This document shows, piece by piece, positions 51,620 through 61,733 of a stretch of DNA of 64,000 bases. This stretch comes from an uncultured Myxococcales bacterium (lineage in GTDB: Bacteria; Myxococcota_A; Polyangia; Palsa-1104; JAEUJZ01): the NCBI GenBank assembly GCA_937868485.1, contig CALMML010000112.1:4161-68160 (forward strand), written 5' to 3'. Numbering within the stretch: the stretch's first letter is position 1; each line of letters begins with the position of its first letter. The notes beneath the pieces were generated by a model, which saw nothing but the letters and a program-made list of their open reading frames with translations, had not been told where the DNA came from and did not search any database. The position numbers and the translations under genes are program-made.

Positions 51620-52995
51620 CTTCGCGCCAGGCTGGCTCGCTGCTTGTGCGCAGCCTGTGGCGGGCGCCGCGTGCGTTTGCCCTGTCGGTGTTCGGGATTG
51701 CCGTGGGCATCTCGGTGCTCGGGTTCTTCCTGGCGCTGTCGCTTGGCATGCAAAAGCGGGTGCTGTCACGCATCTTCCCGACCGACCGGCTAGAGGTTGT
51801 GCCGCCCAAGACCTCGGTCGATCAGGGGGCAATCGGGGCGCTCGGCTCGCTGCTTGGGGGAACCCGCCAGCTTGGGGACGACTTCATCGCGACCCTGCGG
51901 GCACATCCCGATGTCCTGGCCGTGTTTCCGCGCATGAAGGTCGCGTTCCCGGTGCGTGGCTGGGGTGGCGAGCGCATCGTCGGTAGGCCGATCTACACCG
52001 ACCTGCCGATTGACGGGATTGACCCAGCCGCCGTCAGCGAAGCGACCTCCCCGTGGGCCTTCAAAGACTACGTCAGCGACCAAAATCCGTTCTGCACCGA
52101 GGACAAAAACTGTCCGTCTGGCTGGTACTGCTCTTGGGACATCAACAAGTGCGAGCCACCAGTCCCTGTCATTGTCTCGCCAACCATCTTGGAGTTTTAC
52201 AACGGCTCCTTTGCGCGGATGTATGGCCTGCCCAAGATCAGCGGCTTTTTGGCCAACCAGCTACGCGGCATGACCGCCACCGCCGAGCTGGGCAAGTCAT
52301 TTATCTCGCGCCGCGAGTCCGGCAAGCCCCGGCAGCGCAAGCTGGTGCTGGTGGGCGTATCGGACCGGGCGCAGCCGTTTGGCCTGACCGTGCCGCTGCC
52401 GTACGTCAAGCGCTGGAACGCCGAGTATGCGGGAGGCGGCGCCGCCCAGGAATACTCCAGCCTGACCGTCCAGGTCAGACCGGGCCGCAGCGTCACCCGC
52501 GTCGTTGAGCTGGTCCGCAAGCAGGGCTACAGCATTGAAGACAACGGAGCCGAGCAAGCGGGCCTGGCGGTCCTGCTGATGACGGCGCTGTTTGTGCTGG
52601 TGTCGCTGTCTACCCTGGTAGTGGCCACGTTGAATGTCGCGCACACCTTCTTTCGCGCCATCGCAGAGCGACGCCACGAGCTGGGCGTGATGCGAGCCGT
52701 CGGCGCCAGCCAGCGCGACATCTTGGTGCTGCTGCTCGGCGAGGCGGTCTGCATCGGCATAGGTGGCGCAGTGGTCGGCCTGGTCGTGTCGTGGCTGGCC
52801 GCGCTGGGCATCGACTTTCTGTCGAAGACCGCCCTGCCCGACTTTCCGTTCAAGCCCACCTCGTACTTCTGGTTTGCCCCGGAACTGGTCGTTGGGCTGC
52901 TGCTGTTTTCGGTGACGATCTGCCTGCTTGGCGCCCTGTGGCCAGCCCGCGCTGCCGCCAAACAGTCGCCCGCCGAAGCCCTGACCGCCAAGTAA
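51616..52995 (+). CDS. ABC transporter permease, FtsX/MacB/LolC family.
   Basis: N-terminal TM, large periplasmic domain, C-terminal 3-TM FtsX domain. 4-bp overlap (ATGA) with the ATPase gene. Confidence 0.8.
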   Translation: MTSRQAGSLLVRSLWRAPRAFALSVFGIAVGISVLGFFLALSLGMQKRVLSRIFPTDRLEVVPPKTSVDQGAIGALGSLLGGTRQLGDDFIATLRAHPDVLAVFPRMKVAFPVRGWGGERIVGRPIYTDLPIDGIDPAAVSEATSPWAFKDYVSDQNPFCTEDKNCPSGWYCSWDINKCEPPVPVIVSPTILEFYNGSFARMYGLPKISGFLANQLRGMTATAELGKSFISRRESGKPRQRKLVLVGVSDRAQPFGLTVPLPYVKRWNAEYAGGGAAQEYSSLTVQVRPGRSVTRVVELVRKQGYSIEDNGAEQAGLAVLLMTALFVLVSLSTLVVATLNVAHTFFRAIAERRHELGVMRAVGASQRDILVLLLGEAVCIGIGGAVVGLVVSWLAALGIDFLSKTALPDFPFKPTSYFWFAPELVVGLLLFSVTICLLGALWPARAAAKQSPAEALTAK

Positions 52996-53022
52996 ACCGC
53001 TCCTCACAGAGAGAAAAGCCCG

Positions 53023-53238
53023 ATGAGCCAGTCTCCCCCCACGCTCTGCTGCCCGATCTGCCAAAGCCCACTCGACCTGGGGCCCGATGGCAAGTCGCCA
53101 TCCCCTGCGACCATGAAGCTGATGCCGTTTTGCTCGGCCCGCTGTCAGATGGTGGATCTGTCCAACTGGCTGGGTGAGCGCTATACCGTGCCCGGTGAAG
53201 CCGTCGAGCAGCAGGCCGCAGAGCAGCCCGAGACGTAG
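53023..53238 (+). CDS. yacG: DNA gyrase inhibitor YacG (zinc finger).
   Basis: CPICQ...FCSARCQMVDLSNWL matches YacG's CPxC...FCSxRCqxiDLgxW. Confidence 0.8.
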   Translation: MSQSPPTLCCPICQSPLDLGPDGKSPSPATMKLMPFCSARCQMVDLSNWLGERYTVPGEAVEQQAAEQPET

Positions 53239-53241
53239 CAA

Positions 53242-53766
53242 CTAGCTCGGCAGGCTGCCGCTTGGGGGCGTCTCGCCTTCCGCAACGGGAGAGCGCAGCT
53301 TTGGACCCAGCTCTTCCAGGAGCGGCTCGACCGCAGCACCTTGCAAGACCACCTGGCCGAGCAGCTCGTAGAAGTCGATCATCGTGTCGATGGTGGTCGA
53401 TACCAGCCGGAACAGATGGTCGTAGGACAGTGCGCCATCGTCCGTCCGTGGCACCACCACCCGGTAGTAGAGCAGCCGGTTGTCGTGGTCGATGCCAAAG
53501 GCGGGCATGATCAGCCGGTGATTGATGAGCGCCACTGCGTGCTCAGCAAGCTGCATGTGCTGCGGAGGAATCTTGTAGGGGAACGCCACGGCAAACTGAG
53601 CGAGCAGGAGCTGCTTTTCCCAGCGGATGATCATCTCGCTGTCGAGCGGCCCGTTCTTCACCGCGAACGACACCACCTGCTTGTCGGGATCGGGCTGGCA
53701 CGGCACGTTCTCAGACTCCAGCAGCGCCACCAGCTCCGCAAAGGTCGAAACCATCTTCACATCCAT
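53242..53766 (-). CDS. Hypothetical protein, possibly YbjN-like (T3SS-chaperone-like fold).
   Basis: 174 aa, coding-like. Weak resemblance only. Confidence 0.4.
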   Translation of the reverse strand: MDVKMVSTFAELVALLESENVPCQPDPDKQVVSFAVKNGPLDSEMIIRWEKQLLLAQFAVAFPYKIPPQHMQLAEHAVALINHRLIMPAFGIDHDNRLLYYRVVVPRTDDGALSYDHLFRLVSTTIDTMIDFYELLGQVVLQGAAVEPLLEELGPKLRSPVAEGETPPSGSLPS

Positions 53767-53899
53767 CGCCCAAGCTCCCCGGCCCCTACACAGGCCGCTT
53801 CGGAATCAGTGTAAGCCGGAACCGGGACGGGACGAAACAAACCGGCACAGAAGGCTCACGCGCAGGGACCAGACCACCGGGAAACTGGGTCAGCGGCCA

Positions 53900-54130
53900 C
53901 TTCAGAAGGGTCTAGACCCTCGGCAAACGCCTCACCGACCCCTGGCCCGATGGTCTTCACCCTTCGCCATCGCCTCGCCGACCCCTTCGCGAAGGGTCGG
54001 GACCCTGCTCAAGCGGCTCACCGACCCCTTGCCCGATGGTCTTCACCCTTCGCCATCGCCTCGCCGACCCCTTGCCCGATGGTCTTCACCCTTCGCCATC
54101 GCCTCACCGACCTCTTCGGGAAGAGTCGGG
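53900..54130. repeat. Cluster of short palindromic intergenic repeats (REP-like). It contains three copies of CGCCTCRCCGACCCCTTGCCCGATGGTCTTCACCCTTCGCCAT plus GGGTC..GACCC palindromes.
   Basis: Read directly. Irregular spacing, no uniform spacers. Translated shadow ORFs (53627-54403, 53950-54351) show repeated peptides. Confidence 0.7.
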
Positions 54131-54134
54131 ACCG

Positions 54135-54692
54135 TTACTTGCCTGCGAGCAGCTCGGTCTTCAGGCCGTCATCGGCAGGCTTGGGGCCCAGCCAGCTTAA
54201 GAAGATGGCGTCCGCGAAGTCTTTGCCTTCAATGGTGGCGGAGCCGCTGCCCTGCATTGCAATGGTGGTGCCCTTGCCCGGTACGTACGAGACGGTCAGG
54301 ACCGTGCCCGCCTTGGCATCGCCGATGGCAGCGGCCACCTTGTCCAGGTGAGGCAGCAGTGCGGCGGCCTTGCTCGCAGCGTTCTTTTCAAAGCCTTCCT
54401 TAAAGGCGCCCATCAGCTTGCCCTTGTCTACCTCACGCAGGAAGCTGAGCTTCATGACCTTGACTGAGTCGGCCTTGACGATGGCAGCAGCGTCTGTGGA
54501 AGACTCTTCCAGATAGAGCGCACCGACATAGACCTTGACCACAAACTTCTTGCGGATGCCCGCGCCATTACACTTGAGGCTCTTGCCTTCGGCGCTGAGC
54601 GTGTCTGCCACTTCGACCCCTGCGACCGGACGGGCCAGGGCGGGCGTAGCAGCAAGCAGCAGAGCGGCCAACGTTACGTGGGTGAGCTTCAT
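54135..54692 (-). CDS. Periplasmic chalcone-isomerase-like (CHI fold) protein.
   Basis: Signal peptide. GAGIRKKFVVKVYVGALYLEE matches the CHI-like G.G.R.K......Y...LY motif. Confidence 0.65.
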   Translation of the reverse strand: MKLTHVTLAALLLAATPALARPVAGVEVADTLSAEGKSLKCNGAGIRKKFVVKVYVGALYLEESSTDAAAIVKADSVKVMKLSFLREVDKGKLMGAFKEGFEKNAASKAAALLPHLDKVAAAIGDAKAGTVLTVSYVPGKGTTIAMQGSGSATIEGKDFADAIFLSWLGPKPADDGLKTELLAGK

Positions 54693-54721
54693 CGTCGTTC
54701 TCCTTTGTCTGGGTTTGGATG

Positions 54722-56389
54722 TCAGTCAATCACGATTGGAAGCGTCGGGGCTGCTTTGGGCCAGCCGCGCGCTCGGACACTGTGATGGATCATGGCATGG
54801 GCCAGGGATGGTCCGCTCGACATCGCCACAAAGCGATGCCCAAGCCGCTCGACCGCCCACCCCAGCGCATCCTGAAGCGCAGCAGGGGACGGCTGGTCAG
54901 GCCAGGTCGCAGGCAGGACAAAGCGAAGGCGCTCGGCGCGGGGCAGCGGGTCCGGCAGCAGCGTCACGCCAGCGCTCGCCGGGTCTTGCCCAAGCGGCGA
55001 CCGTCGCAGCAGCAGAAACGGGGTGATCGCGGCACTCACCAGCGCCTGCTGATGCGTCACCAGAAAGTCGAGCGTCTGCTGAAGCTCCGCGCGCGTCTCC
55101 CCCGGATAGCCAATCAGGCACAGCGCCCGCACCCGCAGACCCAGCCGCTCGGCATCGCGCAAGATCCGCTCGACCACGTCTTGTTCGACGCCCTTTTGCA
55201 TCAGCGAGCGCACCCGAGGCGACGCCGACTCTAGCCCCAGCCACAGCTCTTCCAGCCCCGCGTCATGCGCCTGCGAAAGGACATCGAACGTCAGGTCGGG
55301 CTCAAAGCGGCTGCGGGCCGAAAAGCGGGCCGAAAAAGGCAGACGGCGCACAACCTGGGACAGGGACAGGAGCTGCTTGGGCGTCAGCAGATCGTCGCGG
55401 AAGCGGAAAAACGAACTACGCAGCAGGCGATGAGCAGCGCGCAGGTCCGGCTCGACCTCTGGCACGGGCAGCGCGCGATAGCCTTCCTGGTGCATGGTGA
55501 TGGCGCAGAAGGTGCAGCGGCTCCACGGACAGCCCCGCGACATGCGAATGTCCACGAGCGGCTCTGGATACGGATAGATCGAGGGATTGATGAGCGAAAA
55601 CTCGGGTCGGCCCAGGGTCCGCAGCTTTTCACGACCCCGCACGGGCACAGCGGACAAGCCATGACGGGGTGCCAGCAAGCTGGGAACGTGGTGAAGCGTC
55701 TGGCCTTCGGACAGTGCCTGATGAAGCTGGGCAAGCGCGGATTCGGCTTCCCCAATGACGGCACCGTCAAAGTCGGCAAAGAACTGGTGCAGCGGCTCGC
55801 CTTGGACGGGGAGCAGGTCTTCGATCAGGTCTTCCGGGGACAGGACGTCTTCGTGGGCGCCGTAAATGCACAGAAAGCCCCGATAGCCCGCCTGACGCAG
55901 CAGCCGACCGAGCACCAGGGTCTGGACAAGCTGGTCGGGATGAACCAGCGCCACGGCAACCAGGATCGGATCGGGCTCAAGGATCGACGCAATGCTGCGC
56001 TGAAGGTACTCGAGCGCCGGATTGCGCAGCGGGTCCAGCCCGACAGCCAGCGCAGCAGGCAGGTGCGACTCTTCGACACCGGGAAAGCTCAGTCGCCCGA
56101 GACCATACTGACAGCCGAAGCGAGCGGACACCGCATCAAGGGCGTGCTCGACCTGCTCGCTGGCCTGGTGATACAGGGTCGGCGATAGGTAGGTGTCGCG
56201 CTGCCGCAGGGACTCAAAGCCCGGGACGCCGCGTAGGTGGTGATGCAAAAGCCCGGCGCTCAGGTCATAGACGCGGGTCGGGATGCCCTGCCCAAGCAGA
56301 TACGAGCCGGTATACAGAAGGTCCGCAGGAACCGCCGCGTAATACCAGTGCGGAGGAAAGCAGAGGCATGCCGCGCGCGCTCGGGCCAT
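54722..56389 (-). CDS. B12-binding-domain radical SAM protein.
   Basis: Radical SAM cluster motif RGCPWSRCTFCAI. N-terminal cobalamin-binding-like domain. 555 aa. Confidence 0.8.
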   Translation of the reverse strand: MARARAACLCFPPHWYYAAVPADLLYTGSYLLGQGIPTRVYDLSAGLLHHHLRGVPGFESLRQRDTYLSPTLYHQASEQVEHALDAVSARFGCQYGLGRLSFPGVEESHLPAALAVGLDPLRNPALEYLQRSIASILEPDPILVAVALVHPDQLVQTLVLGRLLRQAGYRGFLCIYGAHEDVLSPEDLIEDLLPVQGEPLHQFFADFDGAVIGEAESALAQLHQALSEGQTLHHVPSLLAPRHGLSAVPVRGREKLRTLGRPEFSLINPSIYPYPEPLVDIRMSRGCPWSRCTFCAITMHQEGYRALPVPEVEPDLRAAHRLLRSSFFRFRDDLLTPKQLLSLSQVVRRLPFSARFSARSRFEPDLTFDVLSQAHDAGLEELWLGLESASPRVRSLMQKGVEQDVVERILRDAERLGLRVRALCLIGYPGETRAELQQTLDFLVTHQQALVSAAITPFLLLRRSPLGQDPASAGVTLLPDPLPRAERLRFVLPATWPDQPSPAALQDALGWAVERLGHRFVAMSSGPSLAHAMIHHSVRARGWPKAAPTLPIVID

Positions 56390-56444
56390 CGTTGCATCAT
56401 ATCGCAGATGGCTTCGCCGAGCGGGGGCGCGCTACAGTGGAGCC

Positions 56445-56993
56445 ATGGCGACGCCCGATCCGCCGGATCAGCCCTTGGCCCCGCTGCCGTCTTGGCAGCT
56501 CTTTGCCAGCGTGACCACGCAGAGCGAGCTGCTCGATGACGTGGCGATGCGGCACCCGGATCAAGTGGCCGAGCCCCCCGCTGGTGTCGAGGTCCAGGCC
56601 ACTTCGCAGGCGGTCCGCGTGCCCGATCCGCTGAGCGATCCGCTGGCCACTTCGGCTTTTGCGGTGGCGACCCCAGGTCCAGACCCCGCCCAAGTCGCAG
56701 AGCAGGCAGCCGGTGCAGCGGACACGCCCACGCTCGCAGCCCCACACGCAGCGGCCCACAAGGCGAGCCCGTCCGACAAGGTGCCTGCCTTCACTGCGGC
56801 AGCGGCACCGAAAGCGCAGGCCGTGCGGTCGCCGCTTGTGGATCTACAGCGCACGATCCGGCGCAGCATCTTTTTGCCCCCGCTGCCTGGCCTGGCCGAT
56901 GTCGAGCCTGGGGTCGAGCCTGCCGTACGAGCCATCTCGCCGGTCGGCAGCGACTACGTTCCCGGTAGCTTGGGTCGCGCCATCAAGGGCTGA
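56445..56993 (+). CDS. Hypothetical Pro/Ala-rich protein.
   Basis: High GC3. Low complexity. Divergent from the radical SAM gene. Confidence 0.35.
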   Translation: MATPDPPDQPLAPLPSWQLFASVTTQSELLDDVAMRHPDQVAEPPAGVEVQATSQAVRVPDPLSDPLATSAFAVATPGPDPAQVAEQAAGAADTPTLAAPHAAAHKASPSDKVPAFTAAAAPKAQAVRSPLVDLQRTIRRSIFLPPLPGLADVEPGVEPAVRAISPVGSDYVPGSLGRAIKG

Positions 56994-57236
56994 CCGACTG
57001 CGCCGCATACCGCAACGCGGCACGCCCAGCGCCAGCAGGCCGGACACGCCGAGCGTCCACAGCCTGTCCGGGGTGGACATGTCCGGGCAGGGCAGCGGAC
57101 ACGGAAAGGCCAAGTCAAGACCCGCTCGCAAGTCGTTACGCCGACGAAGACCCGCTGCGCAAGCGCCCGCGCGTGGCTGGCCTGATCCTTGAAATGAACC
57201 CGCACGGGCCACGCAGCGGCCCAGCGAAAGGAACGG

Positions 57237-59606
57237 GTGGACATGGACCAGAAGACGCAGGCGATGGCAGCGCGACGGACCTGGCTTGGGCTCTTGGCTG
57301 TGCTCCTTGGACTGTGGGCCGTGGCGGATTGGGTGCAACAGCCGCAGCCACCGCGCGGTCTGGACGCTCCGAGCGACCGCTTTTCGGAAGCGCGTGCCAT
57401 GCCGGTGGTACGCAAGCTGGCCGACGAGCTGGGTCCACATCCGGTTGGCAGTGCGCAGGGCCTGGCCGCCGCAGCGTATCTGGCGGGTGAGCTTGCCAAG
57501 ATTCCGCGCGTCGAGGTGGAGCTACAAGATGTCGAAGGCGATACCCGGCTGCACGTCTGGCCGGATGTGAACTTCCACTACCGAGTCCGCAACGTGGTGG
57601 CGCGGCTGAAAGGCCGGCGGCCCGATGCGCTGCTGCTCAATGCGCACTATGACTCGCCGGTGGAGGGACCGGGCGGATCGGACAACGGCATCGGGACCGC
57701 CGCGATGGTTGAGGTGCTGCGGGCGTTGGCGAGCGGGCCGGAGCTGGAGTGGACGGTGGTCGTCTGCTTAAACGGTGGGGAAGAGGCTGGCTCCGGTGGT
57801 GCAGCAGGGTTTTTGAAGCATCGCTTTGCCAAAGACGTGCGCGGGTTCATCGACACCGATGGCTCGGGATCAGGCAAAGCCAACCTGCTTCAGGCCAGCG
57901 CGCAGGTTCCGGCCCTGCTCAAGGCGTACGCGCGGTCGGTTCGCTTTCCGCAAGCGACGGTGTTTGGCAATGACTTCGTACAGAGCGGACTCACCCAAGC
58001 GAGTGGCGACTTTGAGCCGCTCAGTCGCGCGGGGCTGTGGGGACTCGATGTTGGGGCGGTGAAGGACACCTGGGGCGTCCACAGCCACTTGGATGGGTCC
58101 AGCAGGCTTACGCCGGGTACGCTTCAGGATCTTGGGGACACCATCTTGGCGGTGTCCAGAGAGCTGACCGAGACGCCGACGAGGCTGGACGTAGCGTCCG
58201 AGCGGACGGTGTATTACGACATGCTCGGACAGACGACGCTGCTGTATTCGATGCGAACGGCGCGCTGGCTGACGGGGGGAGCGCTCGGGCTGCTGGGGCT
58301 GGTCCTGTGGCAGCTTGTGCGGCGCCGCGAAGTGACGGTGCGCATGCTGGTCGGGAGCGTGGGCTGGACGATAGGGTCTGCGCTGGCGGGACTTGTGGCA
58401 GCACTGCTGTCGGCCATCGTGGTGTCCTTGATCTTGCAGCGTCCGCATGGCTTTTACGCGACGCCGTGGCTCATCGTGCCGTCGGTTGCGCTGGCGGGGC
58501 TGTGTGGCGTGCTGGTGGTCCACGGACTGTGGCGACGTCGAGAAGTGGCGCGTGGTCAAGCTGCCGAGCAGGGCGCGCTGTCGGCCTGGGCGGCGGGGCT
58601 GTGCCTGTGGGGACTGCTGCTCACGCTGTGTAGCCTGGGATCGCTTGGGCTGGGCTATCTGGTGCTGTGGTGGCTGGTTCCATCCTCGCTGGCGCTGGGG
58701 ATTGGGCTGTGGCTGCCGCAGTGGCGATGGCAACTGTATCTGGCCAGCGTGGCGATGGGGGCGGCGAGCTTCATTCACCTGGCGGTTGGGCTGATCCCGG
58801 CGCTGATTGGCATGATGATCGGCATGACGCCGGACCCGGTGCCGGGCGACATCAAGCTGGCACTGCTTATGTGGCTGTTTGTGGTGGCGCCCTTGTCGAT
58901 TGGAGGCATGGCGCAGGTCCACCGAGTCGGTCAGCTCCGGTCGCTTTTGCTGTGCTGCGTAGCCATCGCGGGGCTCGGACACCTGGCGTCGGCGCTGCGT
59001 CATCCCTATACCGCCGAGCGACCCAAGCGGCTGATGGTGGTGCATGAGAGTCAGAAGGGACAGAGCGCGCTGCTGGTGCAGAGCCAGGACTCGCTGCCGG
59101 TGACGCCGCTGATTGAGCGGCTGCCGCAGGTCCAGCCGGTGCCGACTGGCGAGGTGTGGGCTCACTTTGTGCCGCCGGGCTGGCTGCCACCGTTTGCTCA
59201 CAAGCTGCCCGCCGAGCCACCGCAGGGACCGCCGCCTCGGCTTACGCCGCTGTCAGAGCAGGTCGATGCGGCATCCGGGGTGCGAACGGTGACGGCGCGG
59301 CTCGACGCAAGCGGCTGGGTGACGATGCTGCACATCCCGCACGAGTCGCTTGTGGGCTGGTCGCTGGCGATGCCGCTGCCGCAGCCTCTACCGGGGGAAC
59401 GCACCATCACGGCGCTGTTTGTGGCGCCAAGTCCCGAAGGTCAGATGCTCACGCTGACGCTACGGGGAACAGCCAAGGTGCCCGTGCAGGTGGTGCAAGC
59501 CAGTCAGCCAGAGCAGAGCGACGCGCTCCGCACACTGCGAAAGAGCCTGCCAGACTGGACGACGCTGAATGCCCGGACGATTGTGGTCATCACGACCGAG
59601 CTGTAG
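57237..59606 (+). CDS. M28 family zinc aminopeptidase fused to a C-terminal polytopic membrane domain.
   Basis: LNAHYDSPVEGPGGSDNGIGTAAMVE, GGEEAGSGGAAGF and DTDGSGSG metal-binding motifs. Then about 8 TM helices. Confidence 0.75.
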   Translation: MDMDQKTQAMAARRTWLGLLAVLLGLWAVADWVQQPQPPRGLDAPSDRFSEARAMPVVRKLADELGPHPVGSAQGLAAAAYLAGELAKIPRVEVELQDVEGDTRLHVWPDVNFHYRVRNVVARLKGRRPDALLLNAHYDSPVEGPGGSDNGIGTAAMVEVLRALASGPELEWTVVVCLNGGEEAGSGGAAGFLKHRFAKDVRGFIDTDGSGSGKANLLQASAQVPALLKAYARSVRFPQATVFGNDFVQSGLTQASGDFEPLSRAGLWGLDVGAVKDTWGVHSHLDGSSRLTPGTLQDLGDTILAVSRELTETPTRLDVASERTVYYDMLGQTTLLYSMRTARWLTGGALGLLGLVLWQLVRRREVTVRMLVGSVGWTIGSALAGLVAALLSAIVVSLILQRPHGFYATPWLIVPSVALAGLCGVLVVHGLWRRREVARGQAAEQGALSAWAAGLCLWGLLLTLCSLGSLGLGYLVLWWLVPSSLALGIGLWLPQWRWQLYLASVAMGAASFIHLAVGLIPALIGMMIGMTPDPVPGDIKLALLMWLFVVAPLSIGGMAQVHRVGQLRSLLLCCVAIAGLGHLASALRHPYTAERPKRLMVVHESQKGQSALLVQSQDSLPVTPLIERLPQVQPVPTGEVWAHFVPPGWLPPFAHKLPAEPPQGPPPRLTPLSEQVDAASGVRTVTARLDASGWVTMLHIPHESLVGWSLAMPLPQPLPGERTITALFVAPSPEGQMLTLTLRGTAKVPVQVVQASQPEQSDALRTLRKSLPDWTTLNARTIVVITTEL

Positions 59607-59672
59607 CGAGACTCGCCGCTGCGCACACCAAGCGGGCTCAAGCGGCGACATGCGAACCGAATCGAGCAGCCG

Positions 59673-60635
59673 CTACTCGTGCTCTTCGCCGCACAGCTTG
59701 AGCAGCAGCCCGTCGAGCTGATCGAGCGACAGATACTGCACTTCGATGATGCCGCTCTGCGCGGTCTTCTGACGCAGATGAACCCGCGTACCGAGCGCTC
59801 GCTGGAGCCGCTCTTCCACATCGCGAACCGACGACGAAGCCTTCTTGTCTTCCTTTGGCGGCTTGTCTTTCGCTTGCGGCTTCTGCGCGCGCCGGACCAG
59901 ATCCTCGGTCTGTCGCACCGACAGCGCCTTTTTGATCACTTGGTCGGCGTTTTCCTCGATGACGTGGGCATCTTCGAGGCCGAGCAGCGCCCGCGCGTGA
60001 CCCATCGCCAGCTGTCCGGTCGCCACTTGATCGCGGACTTTGCCGGGCAGCTTGAGCAGACGCAGCGAGTTCGCCACCGTCGCACGCTCTCGACCGACAC
60101 GCCGAGCCAGCTCTTCCTGGGTGTAGCCGAACTCGTCGGACAGACGACGATAGGCTTCGGCCTCTTCGATCGGGTTCAGATCTTCGCGCTGAAGGTTTTC
60201 GACGAGCGCCAGCTCAAACGCCTGGGCCGCGCTGACGTCTTTGACCACCACCGGAACGTCTTTGAGCCCGGCTTTCTGCGACGCACGCCAGCGACGCTCA
60301 CCGGCAATCAGGACGAAGCTGCCTTCCCCGAGCTTGTCTTCGGGCGTCCGCATCCGCACAACCAGCGGCTGGACCAGACCTTGGGCACGAATCGACGCGG
60401 CCAGCTCTTCCAGACGCTGCTCGTCGAAGCGCTGCCGAGGGTTATCGACCGACGGCGCAATCTCTTCGATCGGACAGAAGAAGAAGTCTCGACGCGCCAC
60501 CTGGGGCTTGGCAGAGACAGACGGGCTGGCTGCGGTGCCGACATCCTCGACGCCGACCGGCGCTTGGTGAACGGCAGCGGGAAGGTTCGGAATGAGAGCG
60601 CCCAGACCGCGACCGAGTGCTTTGCGCTTGTCCAT
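59673..60635 (-). CDS. parB: Chromosome partitioning protein ParB/Spo0J.
   Basis: ALGRGLGALIP N-terminus, ParB box, HTH. 320 aa. Directly downstream of parA. Confidence 0.9.
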   Translation of the reverse strand: MDKRKALGRGLGALIPNLPAAVHQAPVGVEDVGTAASPSVSAKPQVARRDFFFCPIEEIAPSVDNPRQRFDEQRLEELAASIRAQGLVQPLVVRMRTPEDKLGEGSFVLIAGERRWRASQKAGLKDVPVVVKDVSAAQAFELALVENLQREDLNPIEEAEAYRRLSDEFGYTQEELARRVGRERATVANSLRLLKLPGKVRDQVATGQLAMGHARALLGLEDAHVIEENADQVIKKALSVRQTEDLVRRAQKPQAKDKPPKEDKKASSSVRDVEERLQRALGTRVHLRQKTAQSGIIEVQYLSLDQLDGLLLKLCGEEHE

Positions 60636-61445
60636 TTACGGCGATCCTTGGACGCTCGGCTGCGACGGAGCGGACAGCGCGGCGTTCTTGTGCGAGAGGA
60701 CTTCTTTGGCGAGCTGACCGTACGCATACGAGCCACGCGACGCCGGGTCATACTTCAAAATCGGCAGTCCGTGAGACGGCGCTTCCGACAGGCGAATGTT
60801 ACGCGGCACCAGCGTCTTGTAGACCTTGGGACCAAAGTGGCCGCGCACCTCGCTTTCGACCTGCTGCATCAGGCTCGTGCGGGTATCGACCATCGTCAGC
60901 AAGATGCCTTCCAGCTCTAGGCTTGGGTTCCACACTGCACGAACCTTATCGAGCGTCGAGAGCAGATACGACAGACCTTCCAGCGCAAAGTATTCGCACT
61001 GCATCGGCACGAGCACACCATCGGCAGCCACCAGCGCGTTCAGCGTCAAGAGCCCAAGCGACGGCGGACAGTCGATCAGGATGTAGTCGTAGCGATTGCG
61101 GACCTCAGCGAGCGCGTCGTGAAGCTGCCACTCGCGCCGCTCGGTGCCGACCAGCTCGACCTCGGCACCGGCCAAGTCAGCCGTCGAGGGAACGAGCCAC
61201 AGCGTCGATAGCACCGTAAGCTGCGTCAGCTCTCGCAAGGACACCTTATCAATCAGGCTGTGATAGACGCCTTGCTCGACGGAACCGCGCACAAAGCCCA
61301 GCCCCGAGGTGGCGTTGCCCTGCGGGTCGAAGTCCACGACCAAGACCTTCTCGCCCTCTTCGGCAAGAGCGGCAGCCAAGTTCACGGTGGTGGTGGTCTT
61401 GCCCACTCCACCTTTTTGGTTGGCAACTGCGATGACTCGACCCAT
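60636..61445 (-). CDS. parA: Chromosome partitioning ATPase ParA/Soj.
   Basis: Deviant Walker A VANQKGGVGKTTT. Start MGRVIAV is at the internal ATG 61445. The ORF-track start at 61523 adds a non-conserved extension. Confidence 0.9.
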   Translation of the reverse strand: MGRVIAVANQKGGVGKTTTTVNLAAALAEEGEKVLVVDFDPQGNATSGLGFVRGSVEQGVYHSLIDKVSLRELTQLTVLSTLWLVPSTADLAGAEVELVGTERREWQLHDALAEVRNRYDYILIDCPPSLGLLTLNALVAADGVLVPMQCEYFALEGLSYLLSTLDKVRAVWNPSLELEGILLTMVDTRTSLMQQVESEVRGHFGPKVYKTLVPRNIRLSEAPSHGLPILKYDPASRGSYAYGQLAKEVLSHKNAALSAPSQPSVQGSP

Positions 61446-61733
61446 GGATTCGACTCTCTTATGGCCTCTAGAACCGTTAGACAAAGCGGGCCACAAGATA
61501 GCGACGAGCCGCTGCGCTTTCAAAAAAATCGCCCGAGATAAATTTGACCCGTCGGAAAAGCGGCAATACCAGAAGGTTTATGAGACTTGCCAAGCTTGCG
61601 GCCCGTCCTCACCATCCGGCAAAGAGCGCTGATGCGGAAATCGATGCGATGCTCGATGCGCTGTTCGCCACCGAGCTTCACCCGACCTGGCAAAACCAGG
61701 CGGTGAAGGAAGATCCAAGCGAAGAAACAGCGC

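Noticed and set aside
55265-56188. 307 aa plus-strand ORF.
   Set aside because: Antisense to the radical SAM gene, which carries the CxxxCxxC motif.
57870-59201. 443 aa minus-strand ORF.
   Set aside because: Antisense to the M28 peptidase membrane domain. Extremely Arg/His/Gln-rich.
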